Counted from the first letter of the stretch, positions 29,624 through 51,877 are shown. The stretch is 64,000 nucleotides of DNA from Dictyostelium discoideum (GCA_000004695.1 CM000155.2:1248001-1312000), one strand, 5' to 3'. Notes: generated by a model not told the origin, from the letters alone. Made by a program: numbers and translations.

Positions 29624-29823
29624 TTGTAAAATGTAATTACCTTTTGTTTGACTGTATCAACTATGGATGAAAAAGATCCCCAAAATCCTGTGGAAAAGCT
29701 TGGGAGTGAAAAATCGCTATTGGTGGAATTATTGTTGCTGCTGTTATTATTATTGTTGTTGCTATTGTTATTGTCTTCAGTGTCTTTATTATTTGAAAAC
29801 ATGGATTCATAATGGAACTCCAT
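27799..29823 (-). CDS. BSD domain-containing protein (BSDC1-like), 3 exons
   Basis: E1 29823..29641 (MEFHYESMFSNNKDTED...SFSTGFWGSFSSIVDTVKQK, donor GTAATT). E2 29410..28548 (acceptor TTATTTAG; SEDIINVYKEDFQEFGS...KSEIEFYLNDPINPKYNEFKK...KVNEIDFWCRYFFN, donor GTAAGT, phase 2). E3 28441..27799 (QELKNQYHKLL... acidic D/E/N repeats ...GELNDWEVIDKRSSSEDNEENDEWGAWE*). The FW.RYF BSD signature and the WxxW N-terminus parallel human BSDC1. Intron 1 contains an (ATT)33 run. Confidence 0.62.
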
Positions 29824-30779
29824 TTTTTTACTTTTTTAATATTTTTTTTTTTTTTTATTCCTCTTTTTTTTTTTTTTTTTTTTTTTTCTTTGTTGCTAAA
29901 ATCTAAAATGGTTACTTAAAATTGGGATTTGAGAAAAAAAAATAAAAAAATAAAAAAAAAATAAAATTTTTCAATTAAATTTTAAACACACAACGTCCTT
30001 AAAAAAAAAAAAATAAAAAAAAAAAAATAAAAAATTCTTTTTGTTAATTTTTAAAATTTTATTTTTTTTTATTTTATTTTATTTTATTTTATTTTTTTTT
30101 AATTTTTTAACAAAATTTTACTATATTTATTTATTTATTTAATTTTTTTTTTTTTTTTTTTCCAATATAAAAAAGAAAAATAATAGCATATTTGATTTGA
30201 TTTGATTTGATTGTGTGTTCAATTAAAATAAAAATAAAAAAAATAAAAAAAAACAAATAAAAACAATAATAATAATAATAAAAAACAAATAAATAATAGA
30301 TAGTTATTTCACTAAAAAAAAAAAAAAATTAGTGGTGAAGATTTTATAACAAAATTAGCAATTGCTTAAAACTGGTTTGATAAATGTTTTCAATTATGAT
30401 CAAAGTGAATCGTCGTCATCATCACCATTATCATCTTCCATTTTTTTTAATATAAATTAAAAAAAAAAAAAAAAAAAAACAAAAAAAAAAACTATTTTTA
30501 AAAACTAAGTATATTAAAGATAGAATGAGAGTAAAACATTATTATAAAAAAAAAAATTGAAATTAGCTATTAACAATAAAGCATGTTTAAACATTCCTTA
30601 AAAAAAAAAAAAAAAAAAAAAATTCTTTTTTATTTTTTTTTTTTTTTTATCAAGATTTTACCATATTTATTTATTTAATTTTTTTTATATTCGATTTGAT
30701 TTGACTGTATTCAATTAAAATAAAAATAAAAAAAATAGAAATATAAAAACAAATAATAATGAATAAAAATAAAAATAAT

Positions 30780-30836
<57 letters not shown>

Positions 30837-30922
30837 TAATAATAATAATAAAAATATTGAAAAACAAATAAATAATATTAAATAAAAATAAATATTAAAA
30901 AAGTGATAGTAAATATTAAAAA

Positions 30923-31027
30923 TGGCTGGCCTCACTTTTAAGTTTAAATTTTTTTTTTTTTTGTTTTTCTTAATATTTATTTAATTAGAAAAACAGATAA
31001 AAATTTTAACACAAAAGAGGCCAGCCC
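30923..31027. repeat. GC-rich 10-11 bp inverted repeat (TGGCTGGCCTC ... GAGGCCAGCC) flanking an 83-nt AT-rich spacer
   Basis: Perfect 10-bp complementarity (GGCTGGCCTC/GAGGCCAGCC) in an otherwise more than 85% AT intergenic region. Could form a long-loop hairpin or be the termini of a small element or ncRNA. Confidence 0.5.
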
Positions 31028-31351
31028 TTTTTTAACGGCACAGAACATTCTCAATTATCCTATTATTACATGAAATATAAAATTTCTAAGAACTTAAGTT
31101 GAAAAATTTGAAAAAAAAAAAAAAAAAAAAAAAATTTTAATTTTTTTTTTATTTTTTTTAATTTCTTTTTTAAAATTTTAATATCAATTTTTTTTATATA
31201 TAGGAAAAAAAAAAAAAAAATAAAAAAATAAAAATATATACAACACTTTTAAAAAAAAAAAAAAAAAAAATTTATTTAGAAATATTAAATTAAATTAAAT
31301 TAAAATAAATTAAATTTTAAAAATTAATAATAATAAAATTATAATAATCAT

Positions 31352-33346
<1,995 letters not shown>

Positions 33347-34124
33347 ATAAATAAAAATAATAATACCCCCTCTTGTAGAAATGTAAATAGAATCCAACAA
33401 TAAAAAAAAATATGAAAAAAAAAAAAAATCAAAAAAAAAAACAAAATCAAAATCCAAATATATTTAAATCAATAAAATATCAATATACAACTTAAAAGGG
33501 TTGTGCATTGAGAAATTGGATGTGGTCGTTCGAGAGGAATTAAAAATTTTGTGGTCATATTGTATAGTACTAAATAATTAAAATGATTTAGATATTCAAT
33601 TCCAACATTATTTGGTTTCTCTTGCTTTTAATGCGTCTACATTCCAAGTTATCTTTTTTTTTCCACAAAATATTCCCAAACCCCCCTTTTTTTTTATTTT
33701 TTTTTAATTTATTTATTTATTTTGGTGAAATAGAAACAATTTTATTTTTTTTATTTTTTTTATTTTTTTATTATTAATTTATTTATTTATTTATTTATTT
33801 TAGTGAAATAGAATAATAAATGAAATTTATAGTAGGAAATGATAAATTTTATATTTAGGTACGTATTAAATTCAAAATAAAATAATAATAATAATAAACA
33901 AAAAGGGGTTTTTTCGATATTTTGATCCCAGTGGCCAAAATTCAAAAAAAAAAAAAAAAAATTGGAAAATTCCAAACGTGATAAAAAAATAAATAAAAAA
34001 ATAAATTTAAAATAAAAAAATATTTTATTACATATTTTAATACATTTTATTATTATTTTTTTAATTTTATTTCAAATAACTATAAATGAAATTGTTTAGG
34101 AAAACTATTTTTTTTAATTTATGT

Positions 34125-34169
<45 letters not shown>

Positions 34170-34461
34170 CAATTTTATATTATATTATATTTCAATAGAA
34201 TTATAAAAAAAGAGGAGAGACCCACGATTTTGAAAATAAAAAGTTTTGAATTGTGAGGAAATTTGTTTTAATAATTGGAAATAAATAAAAATAAAAATAA
34301 AAATAAAAATAAAAATAAAAATAAATAAAATATTAAAATTGAATTTAAAAAGTTTTATAACCATATCAAAGTTTATTTACTAAATTACTATATAAATATA
34401 TGATTTTGGTTATTTACACACATAATACCATATGGTCCTACTACATAAATATTAAACAATA

Positions 34462-37640
<3,179 letters not shown>

Positions 37641-37953
37641 TGGGGGAATAAAATTTTTTTTATATTATTATTTTGGGGAAATTTTTAAATTATTTTGATT
37701 ATTACCAATTTGGATTTTTTTTTGGATTTTGGGGGGGTTTTTTTTTTCCCCTTTTAAAAATGGAAAAATTTTTAAATTTTTTTTTCCCCCATTTTTTTTT
37801 TAAAAAAAAAAAAAATTTTTGGAATTTGGTTTTTTTTTTTGGAAAAAAACCCAAAAAGGAAAAAAGGAAAAAAAAAAAAAAAAAAAAGAAAACTGGTTAA
37901 ATTTGTTACTCTTTCTCTTTTTTTTTGAATTTTATTTTTTTTTTTTTGTTTTG

Positions 37954-37990
<37 letters not shown>

Positions 37991-38050
37991 CAATTACGAT
38001 CCAACTTTTATTTTTTTTTTAATCAATCTATACATTGGTTAAATGTTTAG

Positions 38051-38087
<37 letters not shown>

Positions 38088-38152
38088 GAAACAAAAAAAA
38101 TAAAAAAACTAAAAAAAAAATCCAATTCAGGAATGATATATCGAGAATTTTA

Positions 38153-38188
<36 letters not shown>

Positions 38189-38364
38189 TGTGACTTTTTT
38201 TTTTTTTTTTTTTTTATATTATTTTTATAATTATTATTTAAAGTTGATAAAAGAATTTAAAAATTCCTCGTTCTTGTGTTGGAAATAATGGTTAATAAAT
38301 GAATAATAACTTGGTTGATTGTGATGAGTGTGTGTCTTTTAAAAATTATATAAATTGAATTTAT

Positions 38365-38398
<34 letters not shown>

Positions 38399-38520
38399 TT
38401 AAAAAAAAAAAAAAAAAAAGGTGGCCTCGAGCAGAAGCTGCCCCCTTAAAAAAATTTTTAAAAAAAAAAAAAAAAAAATAAAAAAAAAAAAGTAATTATT
38501 TTTGTCATACGATATTGTAA

Positions 38521-38586
38521 GTTTTTTATTTTATTTAATTTTATTTTATTTTATTTTATTTTATTTTATTTTATTTTATTTTATTT
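38521..38586 (+). repeat. (TTTTA)n simple repeat
   Basis: About 13 tandem TTTTA units. A mirrored (AAAAT)12 array lies at 39471..39530. Confidence 0.9.
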
Positions 38587-39236
38587 TTTATTTTTTATTG
38601 TTTATTTATTTTTTTTATTTTCTTATTAATTGAATAAGAAAAAAAAAAAAAAAAAGGTTATCAAAAATAATTATCATAGTGGTTTTGTTTTTTTTTTTTT
38701 AAATTTTTTTTTATAAATGGGTTTTTTTTTTGGTTATTTTCACTATTTCCTCACTCCAATCCACACACACACTTTTGATGTGATAAATGGTTTTATTTTT
38801 TATTTTATTTTTTTTGTTGACAACACACAATGATATTATCAAATTTTGTAGGGGGTCCCACTTGTCCTTAAAATCAGTTTTTTTTTTTTTTTTCCTTACT
38901 TTAATTTTTTTCTTTTTTTTTTTTACAAAAATATTATCTTCCCTAATTTGCTTGGGTTTGTGTATGGTCAGAAAATCACTTATCAATATATATATGTGCC
39001 ACTTCATGAAAAATCGTTTTTTTTTTTTTTTTTTTTTCAATTTTAATTTTTTTTTTTTTTTTTAAAAATGTTTTTCTTTCCAATCATTCGCTTTAATTTT
39101 ATAGACAAGAGCATTATTTGAATTCAAAAAGTGTCAACTGAATTTTCGTTCAGAAACTATTTTTTTAAATTAATTAAAAGTATACCAACCTCTCAGCGTC
39201 ATTCATTTTATTATTTATTTTTATTTTTTAAATAAT

Positions 39237-39269
<33 letters not shown>

Positions 39270-39470
39270 ATTTCAAACATTGAGATTTCATTTATAATAA
39301 ATCAAAAAAAAAACTATTTTCATTTATTTATTTTTTTTTTTATTTATTTTTTTTAAAAAAAAAAAAGTATTAAGTTATAAAATAATACATGGCTTTAATG
39401 TATAGGATATTTAAAGATTAGATTTTATTAGGTTTCCATGGAAATATCAGAATTAATGATTTTAAATAAA

Positions 39471-39530
39471 ATAAAATAAAATAAAATAAAATAAAATAAA
39501 ATAAAATAAAATAAAATAAAATAAAATAAA
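39471..39530 (+). repeat. (AAAAT)n simple repeat
   Basis: 12 perfect AAAAT units. Confidence 0.9.
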
Positions 39531-40217
39531 AAAAAAAAAAATAACAAATAATAAATAAAAAGAAAAAGAAAAATAAATAAACAAATATAAAAAATGGTTT
39601 AAATAAATGTAAATTTCTTTTTTTTTTTTTATTTTTTTATTTTATTTTTTATTTATTTATTTTTTTTTTTTTTTTTATATTTATTTTTTTTATTTATTTA
39701 TTTATTTTTTTTTTTTATTATTTCTTCCATAATATCTTGGTATTTAAAGAAATAATGATTCTGCTACCTAAATTTTATAAAATTAAAATAAATTAATAAA
39801 AATTAAAAATAAATATAAATATATAAATTTAGATTAATAATTAAATAAATATAAATAAAATATTAAATAATATTAATGAAAAATTAAACATTAAAAAAAA
39901 AAATTAATTTATATTTATATTTTTTTATTTTTATAATTTTCATTCAGATCTTAATTTATCATTATTATAATAATCAAAGTTTTTTTTTTTTTTTTTTTTT
40001 TGACATTCTACAAGGGTGAGCGAGCGAGATAAAAAAAAAAAAAATAAAAAAAAAAAAATTAAAAAAAAATAAAAAAGTGAATTTGGTGTGTAAGTGTGGA
40101 TAAAAATAGAATATAAATTTGGAAAAAGAGGTAAATCTAAAATTTTCAATTAAATCCAAAATGTCCCAAATTTTGACCCACCCATTAATTATAATAACTT
40201 TTCAATATAAAAATGGG

Positions 40218-40261
<44 letters not shown>

Positions 40262-40436
40262 AAAAAAAATAAAATAATAAAAAATAAAGAAATAAATGAA
40301 TAAATAAATAAATAAAAAAATAAAAATAAAAAAATTTAAAATTTATATGCATCTCATATACATTACCATTACTTATATTTGTGTGTGCTTGTGTGTGTAA
40401 AAATACTATTAGTTTTTTTATTTTTTATAATTTATT

Positions 40437-40477
<41 letters not shown>

Positions 40478-40718
40478 TAATTTTAATTTATTTATTTTTT
40501 AATTTTTATTTTTTGAAGACACTCCACCCCGACCCACACATTACAAAACAACCACCACTCTAGCAAGCTTTAAAGTTGTATTTAGTAGCTATTTATAATA
40601 ATATTATAAAAACATTACAATTCCCCAAATATAAATAAAAAAAAAAAAAAGAAGGAAAATAAAAAAAAAAAAAAAAAAAAGGGATTTCCCTCCAATATTA
40701 ATATTTTTTTTAACATCA

Positions 40719-40752
<34 letters not shown>

Positions 40753-41253
40753 CTCATTATATTTCAATTTAAAATATATTTTGCAAACACTACACATAAA
40801 AATATAAACAATACAAAACAAAACAAACAAAACAATAATAATTTAATGGTTGAATCAATATTAACATTTAAAACAATACTTCCCGTATATTCAATTACTC
40901 CTTAAACCACCTTTAGTTTTTATTAATTTTATTAATTTCACCTATAAACAAAATAGTGTGCACACTCAAAAAGAAATTTTAAATAAAAATAATAAAAAAA
41001 TAAAAGAAATTAAATAGTAAAAAAAAAATAATCAACCCAATTAGAACTGGCAACTATATACTTGAATTGTTTTCATCAAATAAAGAATAAAAGAATCTCG
41101 GAAACGATTTCAATTAAAGTGAAGAAATAGGAATTTGTTTTTTTTTTTTTCAATAAACAGCAAGACAAAAAAAACAAAAAAAAAAACAAAAAAAAAAAGA
41201 AAAAAAAAAAAATAGATTTATCGTCTTTTTTTGGGAATAGAAAAAAAAAAAAA

Positions 41254-45574
<4,321 letters not shown>

Positions 45575-46522
45575 AAAAAAAGAATTTTTATTTTAAGTTT
45601 ATTTGTCTACCCATTGTAACAAAAACAGGTAAAAAAAAAAAAAAAAAAAAAAAAGTAAAAAAAAAAAAAAAGAAGTTGTAATCAATAATTTATAGTAATG
45701 TGATTTAATATAAAAAATAATAACAATAATAATAATAAATTGTTTTGGCTTAATAGCCAAAATTTTACGATATAATTAATAATAAAAACAATAATAAATA
45801 ATAAATAAATAATAATAATAATAAATAATAATAATACAAACATTTGGACTCATTCGACATCATTAGTTTGATTGAGATACAGTCCACACACTGATGTACC
45901 CTACCGTTTAAGAATGGTTAAAAAAAAAAAAAAAAAAAGGAAAAAAATTAAAATATTTTTGACCAAATTCCACTAAACTTGGTTGGGAATAATAAATATA
46001 AAAAAAACAAAAAACAAAAAAAAAATATATAACATTACAAACCAAAAGTGTCTTTTTATTTATTTTATTTTACCATTTAATTTATGAATAAAAAAAAAAT
46101 TTTAATTAAAAAATAAAAAAAAATAAAAATATTTATGATTAAAACCAGAATTTGATTTCAAAAAAATGATTGTCTGGTTATTTTTATTTTTTATAATTTT
46201 TATAATTTTTATTTTTAAAAGTTTTTATTTAACTTGATTAATTAAACCAGCCCATTGTTTAATTAAAGAATTTGTTTTTTGGATGTAAGGATTTATTTGA
46301 TTATTTTAACTTTCTTTTTATTTATTTTTTTATTTTTAATTCCATTTTTATATTTTTATTATTTTATTTTTTAAAATTAGTTTATTTGTATCGTTGTTAT
46401 TTTTTTTTTTTTTTTTTTAATTATTATTATAAATAATTTATAAAAATTATCACGATTAGTTATTTAAAACATGTAGATTATTAATTAAAAGAAAAAAAAA
46501 AAAAGTTGGTATTTTAACCACC

Positions 46523-46577
<55 letters not shown>

Positions 46578-46775
46578 TTTCTATTGAATTTTTGGGTGTT
46601 GTGTGTTTAAAAACACACTCATTCATGGACCAATATTATATTAATAAACAGTACAAACAATTTATATTACATTATCAATATTCTATTTAATTTAATTTTT
46701 ATTTTAAAATTTTATTATTTTTTTGTTTTATTTTTTTATATTTTTTTTTTTATTATTTCATTTTTATAAAAAGTA

Positions 46776-46921
46776 ATGAATTGGGATAGCAACAACAACA
46801 ACAACAAAAACAGTAATAATAATAATAATAATAGTAGTAGTAGTAGTTATAATATTAATAATAATTATAGTAGCTTTAATAATAGTAATAATAATAATAT
46901 AAATAATAATAATATAAATAC

Positions 46922-47017
<96 letters not shown>

Positions 47018-47875
47018 TAATAGCAGTAATAATTATCATTTAGCTCATATTAATGTTTATCAACAATATCCAATAAAACCATTACCTATATCATTTAATA
47101 GTTTTAATACAAATATGTTTCAACAACAGCAGCAACAACAACAACAACAACAGCAACTGCCACAACATCTTCCACCATTAGGTAGTAGTGGTAGTAGTAA
47201 TGGTGGACCTAATTTAATGGGATATGCTCAAATTCCACCAAACTATTTTAAACCTTTATCACCACCCTCATTCCATCCACCAACTTCACCACAATCATTT
47301 TTTAATAATAATACTAATAATAATAATAATAACAATAACAATAATAATAATAATATTAATATTAATATTAATAATAATAATAATAGTAACAATTATATTA
47401 ATGATAGTACTAATAGTAATAACTTAAATACAAGTAATGGAGCAATTAATACATCTAGTCATTTGTTTATAAATTCACCAAACCATCATAGTGATAACAG
47501 ATCATTCATTGAATCTAGGTCACCTGCTTCAATGAATGCATCACCAATTCATTTCAATGATCCAACTTTTAAAGTACCTGTACATTTACCATCATTATCA
47601 ATTACAAATTCACCATCTTTAAACTCTTCAATTGATAGTAGCTATAGATTAAACAACAACAACAACAATAATAATAATAATGGTAGTAATAATAGCTCTT
47701 TTAATTCAACTCCAACTAAATTTGAACAATTACAATTACAACTTCAACAACAACAATTACAACAACAATTACAACAACAACAACAATTACAACAACAACA
47801 ACAACAATTACAACAACAACAACAATTACAACAACAACAACAACAACAATTACAACAACAACAACAACAACAACT

Positions 47876-47907
<32 letters not shown>

Positions 47908-48111
47908 TACAACAGCAACAACAATTGCAACAGCAACAACAACAGCAATCAACATCTCATATCCATTTCTCAACTGCTCCTACACCAATAGTATCTCATC
48001 ATTATAATTTACAACAACCACTGCAACAATATCCACAAAATATTTATAGCCATACTAATATATTAAATCAAAACAATAACTCAAAGCCAATCAATACTAA
48101 TAGTAGTAGTA

Positions 48112-48179
<68 letters not shown>

Positions 48180-48401
48180 TGTAATTATAATAATAGCAAT
48201 AATAGTTATAATAATAATACTACTAATACTAATAATAACCCAAACAATAAAAGGAGCCAAACAAAGAATCAACAACAACAACAACCACAACCACAACAAC
48301 AACAACTTCAACAACAACAACCACAACAATCTGTAATTAATGTAAATAAAAAAACAACAAAAGTTTCAAAAACAAAAACATCAAATCAAAAATTAACTGT
48401 A

Positions 48402-48494
<93 letters not shown>

Positions 48495-49157
48495 ATTCAG
48501 CAACAACAACAACAACAATCAAATGATATTAAACTTTTGTTAAAAAATAGTATATATAGTAGTAGAAATGATTTAAAGGAATTATTAAGTCAACCAACAG
48601 AATATACAGATTCAGAATATCCAGAGATAGTTGGTAAATATAGGATATTGGAAAAGATTGGACAAGGTACATTTAGTGGTGTTTATAAATCAGTTTGTAT
48701 CGATGGTCCAAATATTGGTTTAATTGTAGCATTGAAACGTGTTGCACCAACTTCATCACCTGCAAGAATTTTAAATGAAATTCATAGTCTATTAAGAGTT
48801 GGTGGTCATTATAATGTTTCAGCATTATTTGGTGCATTAAGATACAAAGATCAAGTGACTTTGATTCTACCTTTCTTTGAGCACGATTCTTTTAAAGATT
48901 ACTTTTTTCAAATGTCAAATGAAAATATTAAACATTATCTATACGCTCTATTCGATTCCTTACGTCATATTCATCAAAATAATATTTGCCATCGTGATGT
49001 AAAACCAACAAACTTTTTATATTCTATAAAAAATAATTCTTTTCTTTTAATTGATTTTGGTTTGGCTCAAGAAATGCCAAATTCAAATTCAAATTCAAAT
49101 TCAAATTCAAATTCAAATTCAAATTCAAATTCAAATTCAAATTCAAATTCAAATTCA

Positions 49158-49189
<32 letters not shown>

Positions 49190-49281
49190 CAATAATAATT
49201 TTAATGGAAATAATAGCAATAATGATTTCAATAATTTTATAAATATGAATAATAGTAATAGTAATAATAATAATAATAATA

Positions 49282-49338
<57 letters not shown>

Positions 49339-50066
49339 GTAATAATAATAATAATAGTAATAATAGCCAAGAAGAAATAATATTACCATCAACTAACGAA
49401 AATGGTACAACAACTTCAAATGCTTCATCAACTTCAAATACTACTTCATCATCATCATCCTCTTCAAATAAATCAAAAAATTTAAGAAATGATCCAAAGT
49501 AAAGTATTGATATTTAATTTTTTGAAAAAAAAAAAAAAAAAGTTAAATTAATATTGATTATTTTATTTTATTATTATTATTTTTTAATTTTTTTTTAATA
49601 AAGACCACAACCAGCACCAAGAGCAGGTACAAGAGGATTTAGAGCACCAGAAGTATTATTAAAATATAATAAACAAACTACAGCAATTGATATTTGGTCA
49701 GTTGGTGTAATTTTATTATGTATGATCTCTGGTAGATATCCATTTTTCATTTCTCCTGATGATATGACAAGTCTAGCAGAGATAGTTTCAATCATTGGTA
49801 CAAAGAAAATCGTTGATATCGCTCATCTTTTAGAGAAGAAAATTTCAATCTCTCATTCAATACCTCCAACACCTTGGAGAGATCTATCTAGAAGACTAAG
49901 AAGTGAATCAAGTTGTGATAAACAAGATGTCCCTGTAGAGTTGTATGATTTATTAGAACGTTGTTTAGATCCTAATCCATTAACTAGAATTACTGCTTCT
50001 GAAGCTTTACTTCACCCTTTTTTAGTTGTTAATAATAATAGTAATAATAATAATAATAATAGTTAA
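46776..50066 (+). CDS. cdc7: Cell division control protein 7 (Cdc7/Hsk1-type) serine/threonine kinase with large N-terminal N/Q-rich region and kinase inserts, 2 exons
   Basis: E1 46776..49498: a long N/Q/S-rich N-terminus, then YRILEKIGQGTFSGVYKSVCIDGPNIGLIVALKRVAPTSSPARILNEIHSLLRVGGHYNV...HRDVKPTNFLYSIKNNSFLLIDFGLAQ and a kinase insert rich in NS repeats. Donor GTAAAG, phase 2. E2 49604..50066 (acceptor TAATAAAG; KPQPAPRAGTRGFRAPEVLLKYNKQTTAIDIWSVGVILLCMISGRYPFFISPDDMTSLAEIVSIIGTKK...LLHPFL...*). The ALK+..PTS.P.RI..E, LIDFGLAQ and RAGT.GFRAPEVL...NQTTAIDMWS blocks are Cdc7 signatures. Confidence 0.8.
49079..49158 (+). repeat. (AATTCA)13 hexanucleotide repeat inside the cdc7 kinase-insert coding region (encodes (NS)n)
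   Basis: 13 perfect tandem AATTCA units, in frame. Confidence 0.9.
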
Positions 50067-50253
50067 TGATAATAAAAATAATACTAATAAAATTAATGTA
50101 TAAATATTATTAAGTTGGAGGGTAATTAATATTACTTTGTTTTTACAATATATTTCCAGATTTTAAATCATAAAAATCGATCCATAGTTATATGATATCC
50201 GAAAAATAAATAGGTAAACACCAGCTAATTCAAAATCGGAAGAATTTTATCCG

Positions 50254-50286
<33 letters not shown>

Positions 50287-50598
50287 CTGATTAATCTTAG
50301 TTTATCCATTATATTTTAATAATGAATTATAATTTTTGAAATGTAAAGAATTCATTCCTTTTTTTAGTTTGAATTTTCTAATAAAGAATTTAATTTTAAA
50401 ATGTAGTGCAGTTATTATTACTATTATCAATTTTTAAAAAAGATATCCAGTTTTTAAAAATGTTAGTATTTAAAATTAAATAATAAGATTAGTAATTGAA
50501 TTTAAATTATTTGTTCCAGGAAATCATTCGGATCTTTTGAATGAGTTAATTTTAAATGTTTTGCTTTTTTTATATATTCTAGAGTAGCTTGTACGATT

Positions 50599-50603
<5 letters not shown>

Positions 50604-50637
<34 letters not shown>

Positions 50638-51300
50638 TGGATTAACAAGATTGATATATGTCCATCTGTGTTAATACGAGTTTTTATTTAATATTTATTT
50701 ATAGGCTTATCATTTAAGCTGAAGGGTTATTTTAATCATATGAATTGATCAAAAGATATAATATTTGGGAGAGATGATTCTGGAATACAATAGTAATTAG
50801 CTGTTGTTTTTCTTAGCTTGATCGTTGAGGTGAGAAGGATCTTAGGATCTTTGAAATTATTATGGTCTTTTGCTGATAAGTTTTTCAGATCTTTTGCTTT
50901 TTTGATGTATTCTAGAGTGGCCAATTTGTGCCATTTCTTTAGAAGGGAGCTGTATGATAGTGATTCATTTGTTAAAGGATCTTCACTGTATATTTGATTG
51001 CAAATCCAAATCCAAATGTTGTGGAGGATAAGGGCCATTAGGTTTTTATATGCGAATGATCTGGTTAGATCATAGTCTATTGCTTTATAGTTCCATTCGA
51101 AGTATTCTTTGTGGAATCTGTGGTTGGCGTAATCTGCATTCACTTCTTGATCTTTTTTGGCTGTCGGTGATAATTTTGGAGTTATTCTATTAATGAAATT
51201 GTTATTTTGCCTAATTCTTGTATGGTGCCAGTTTTTACCTTTGCCTGTGGTAATATAGATGAAATTTTTGAGTTTATTTATTTTTATAAATTGTTTTGTT
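50604..51300 (-). mobile_element. TRE-type (tRNA gene-targeted) non-LTR retrotransposon, 3' portion, copy 1; probably TRE3 family given location downstream of a tRNA gene
   Basis: Poly-T(29) at 50604..50632 is the oligo(A) tail on the minus strand. About 100 nt of 3' UTR follows. A minus-strand ORF is open from the N gap at 51300 down to stop 50736 (...GKGKNWHHTRIRQNNNFINRITPKLSPTAKKDQEVNADYANHRFHKEYFEWNYKAIDYDLTRSFAYKNLMALILHNIWIWICNQIYSEDPLT...SFDQFI*), i.e. an ORF2 C-terminus. The element is cut off by the assembly gap. Positions 50640..50990 are more than 98% identical to 51495..51815. Confidence 0.6.
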
Positions 51301-51400
51301 NNNNNNNNNNNNNNNNNNNNNNNNNNNNNNNNNNNNNNNNNNNNNNNNNNNNNNNNNNNNNNNNNNNNNNNNNNNNNNNNNNNNNNNNNNNNNNNNNNNN
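51301..51400. other. Assembly gap (100 N)
   Basis: Run of exactly 100 N between two copies of the same repeat family. Typical unknown-size scaffold gap caused by repeat collapse. Confidence 0.97.
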
Positions 51401-51453
51401 GATTGGTTAAAATTGACCGAGATTAAGGATAGAAAAGGATGAATTACTTTTCA

Positions 51454-51466
51454 CGTGTATTTTTTT
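51454..51466 (+). repeat. Target-site duplication (left copy) TTTTCACGTGTAT of TRE copy 2
   Basis: The 13-mer TTTTCACGTGTAT sits immediately before the poly-T tail at 51467. It is repeated at 51878..51890 at the other end of the element. Confidence 0.5.
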
Positions 51467-51877
51467 TTTTTTTTTTTTAATATTAGATTAACAAGATTGA
51501 TATATGTCCATCTGTGTTAATACGAGTTTTATTTAATATTTATTTAAAGGCTTATCATTTAAGCTGAAGGGTTATTTTAATCATATGAATTGATCAAAAG
51601 ATATAATATTTGGGAGAGATGATTCTGGAATACAATAGTAATTAGCTGTTGTTTTTCTTAGCTTGATCGTTGAGGTGAGAAGGATCTTAGGATCTTTGAA
51701 ATTATTATGGTCTTTTGCTGATAAGTTTTTCAGATCTTTTGCTTTTTTGATGTATTCTAGAGTGGCCAATTTGTGCCATTTCTTTAGAAGGGAGCTGTAT
51801 GATAGTGATTCATCTGTTAAAGGATCACGATCTACAGATCTAACTTACCAAATCGCCGATTTAATAGGATTTTTCAC
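51467..51877 (-). mobile_element. 5'-truncated TRE3-type non-LTR retrotransposon copy 2 (poly(A) tail, 3' UTR, last about 60 codons of ORF2)
   Basis: Poly-T(15) at 51467..51481 is the minus-strand oligo(A). Positions 51495..51815 are near-identical to copy 1. The ORF fragment is MATLEYIKKAKDLKNLSAKDHNNFKDPKILLTSTIKLRKTTANYYCIPESSLPNIISFDQFI*. The upper 60 nt (51816..51877) are not shared with copy 1. Flanked by a 13-bp direct repeat. Its near end lies about 105 nt downstream of tRNA-Pro 3' end (51996), the classic TRE3 integration distance. Confidence 0.55.

Noticed and set aside
30923-31027. Dictyostelium Class I ncRNA at the GC-rich inverted repeat
   Set aside because: Class I RNAs are 42-65 nt with the conserved CCTTACAGCAA motif next to the 5' stem. 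This hairpin spans 105 nt and lacks the motif. Kept only as an unexplained structural feature.
38400-38450. GC-rich 28-mer GGTGGCCTCGAGCAGAAGCTGCCCCC containing an XhoI site, possible vector or linker contamination
   Set aside because: Too short to assign. No other vector-like sequence is nearby. It may be another small artefact like the anomalous blocks, but the evidence is insufficient.
51207-51410. ORF containing a run of X residues
   Set aside because: It spans the 100-N assembly gap and is not a real reading frame.
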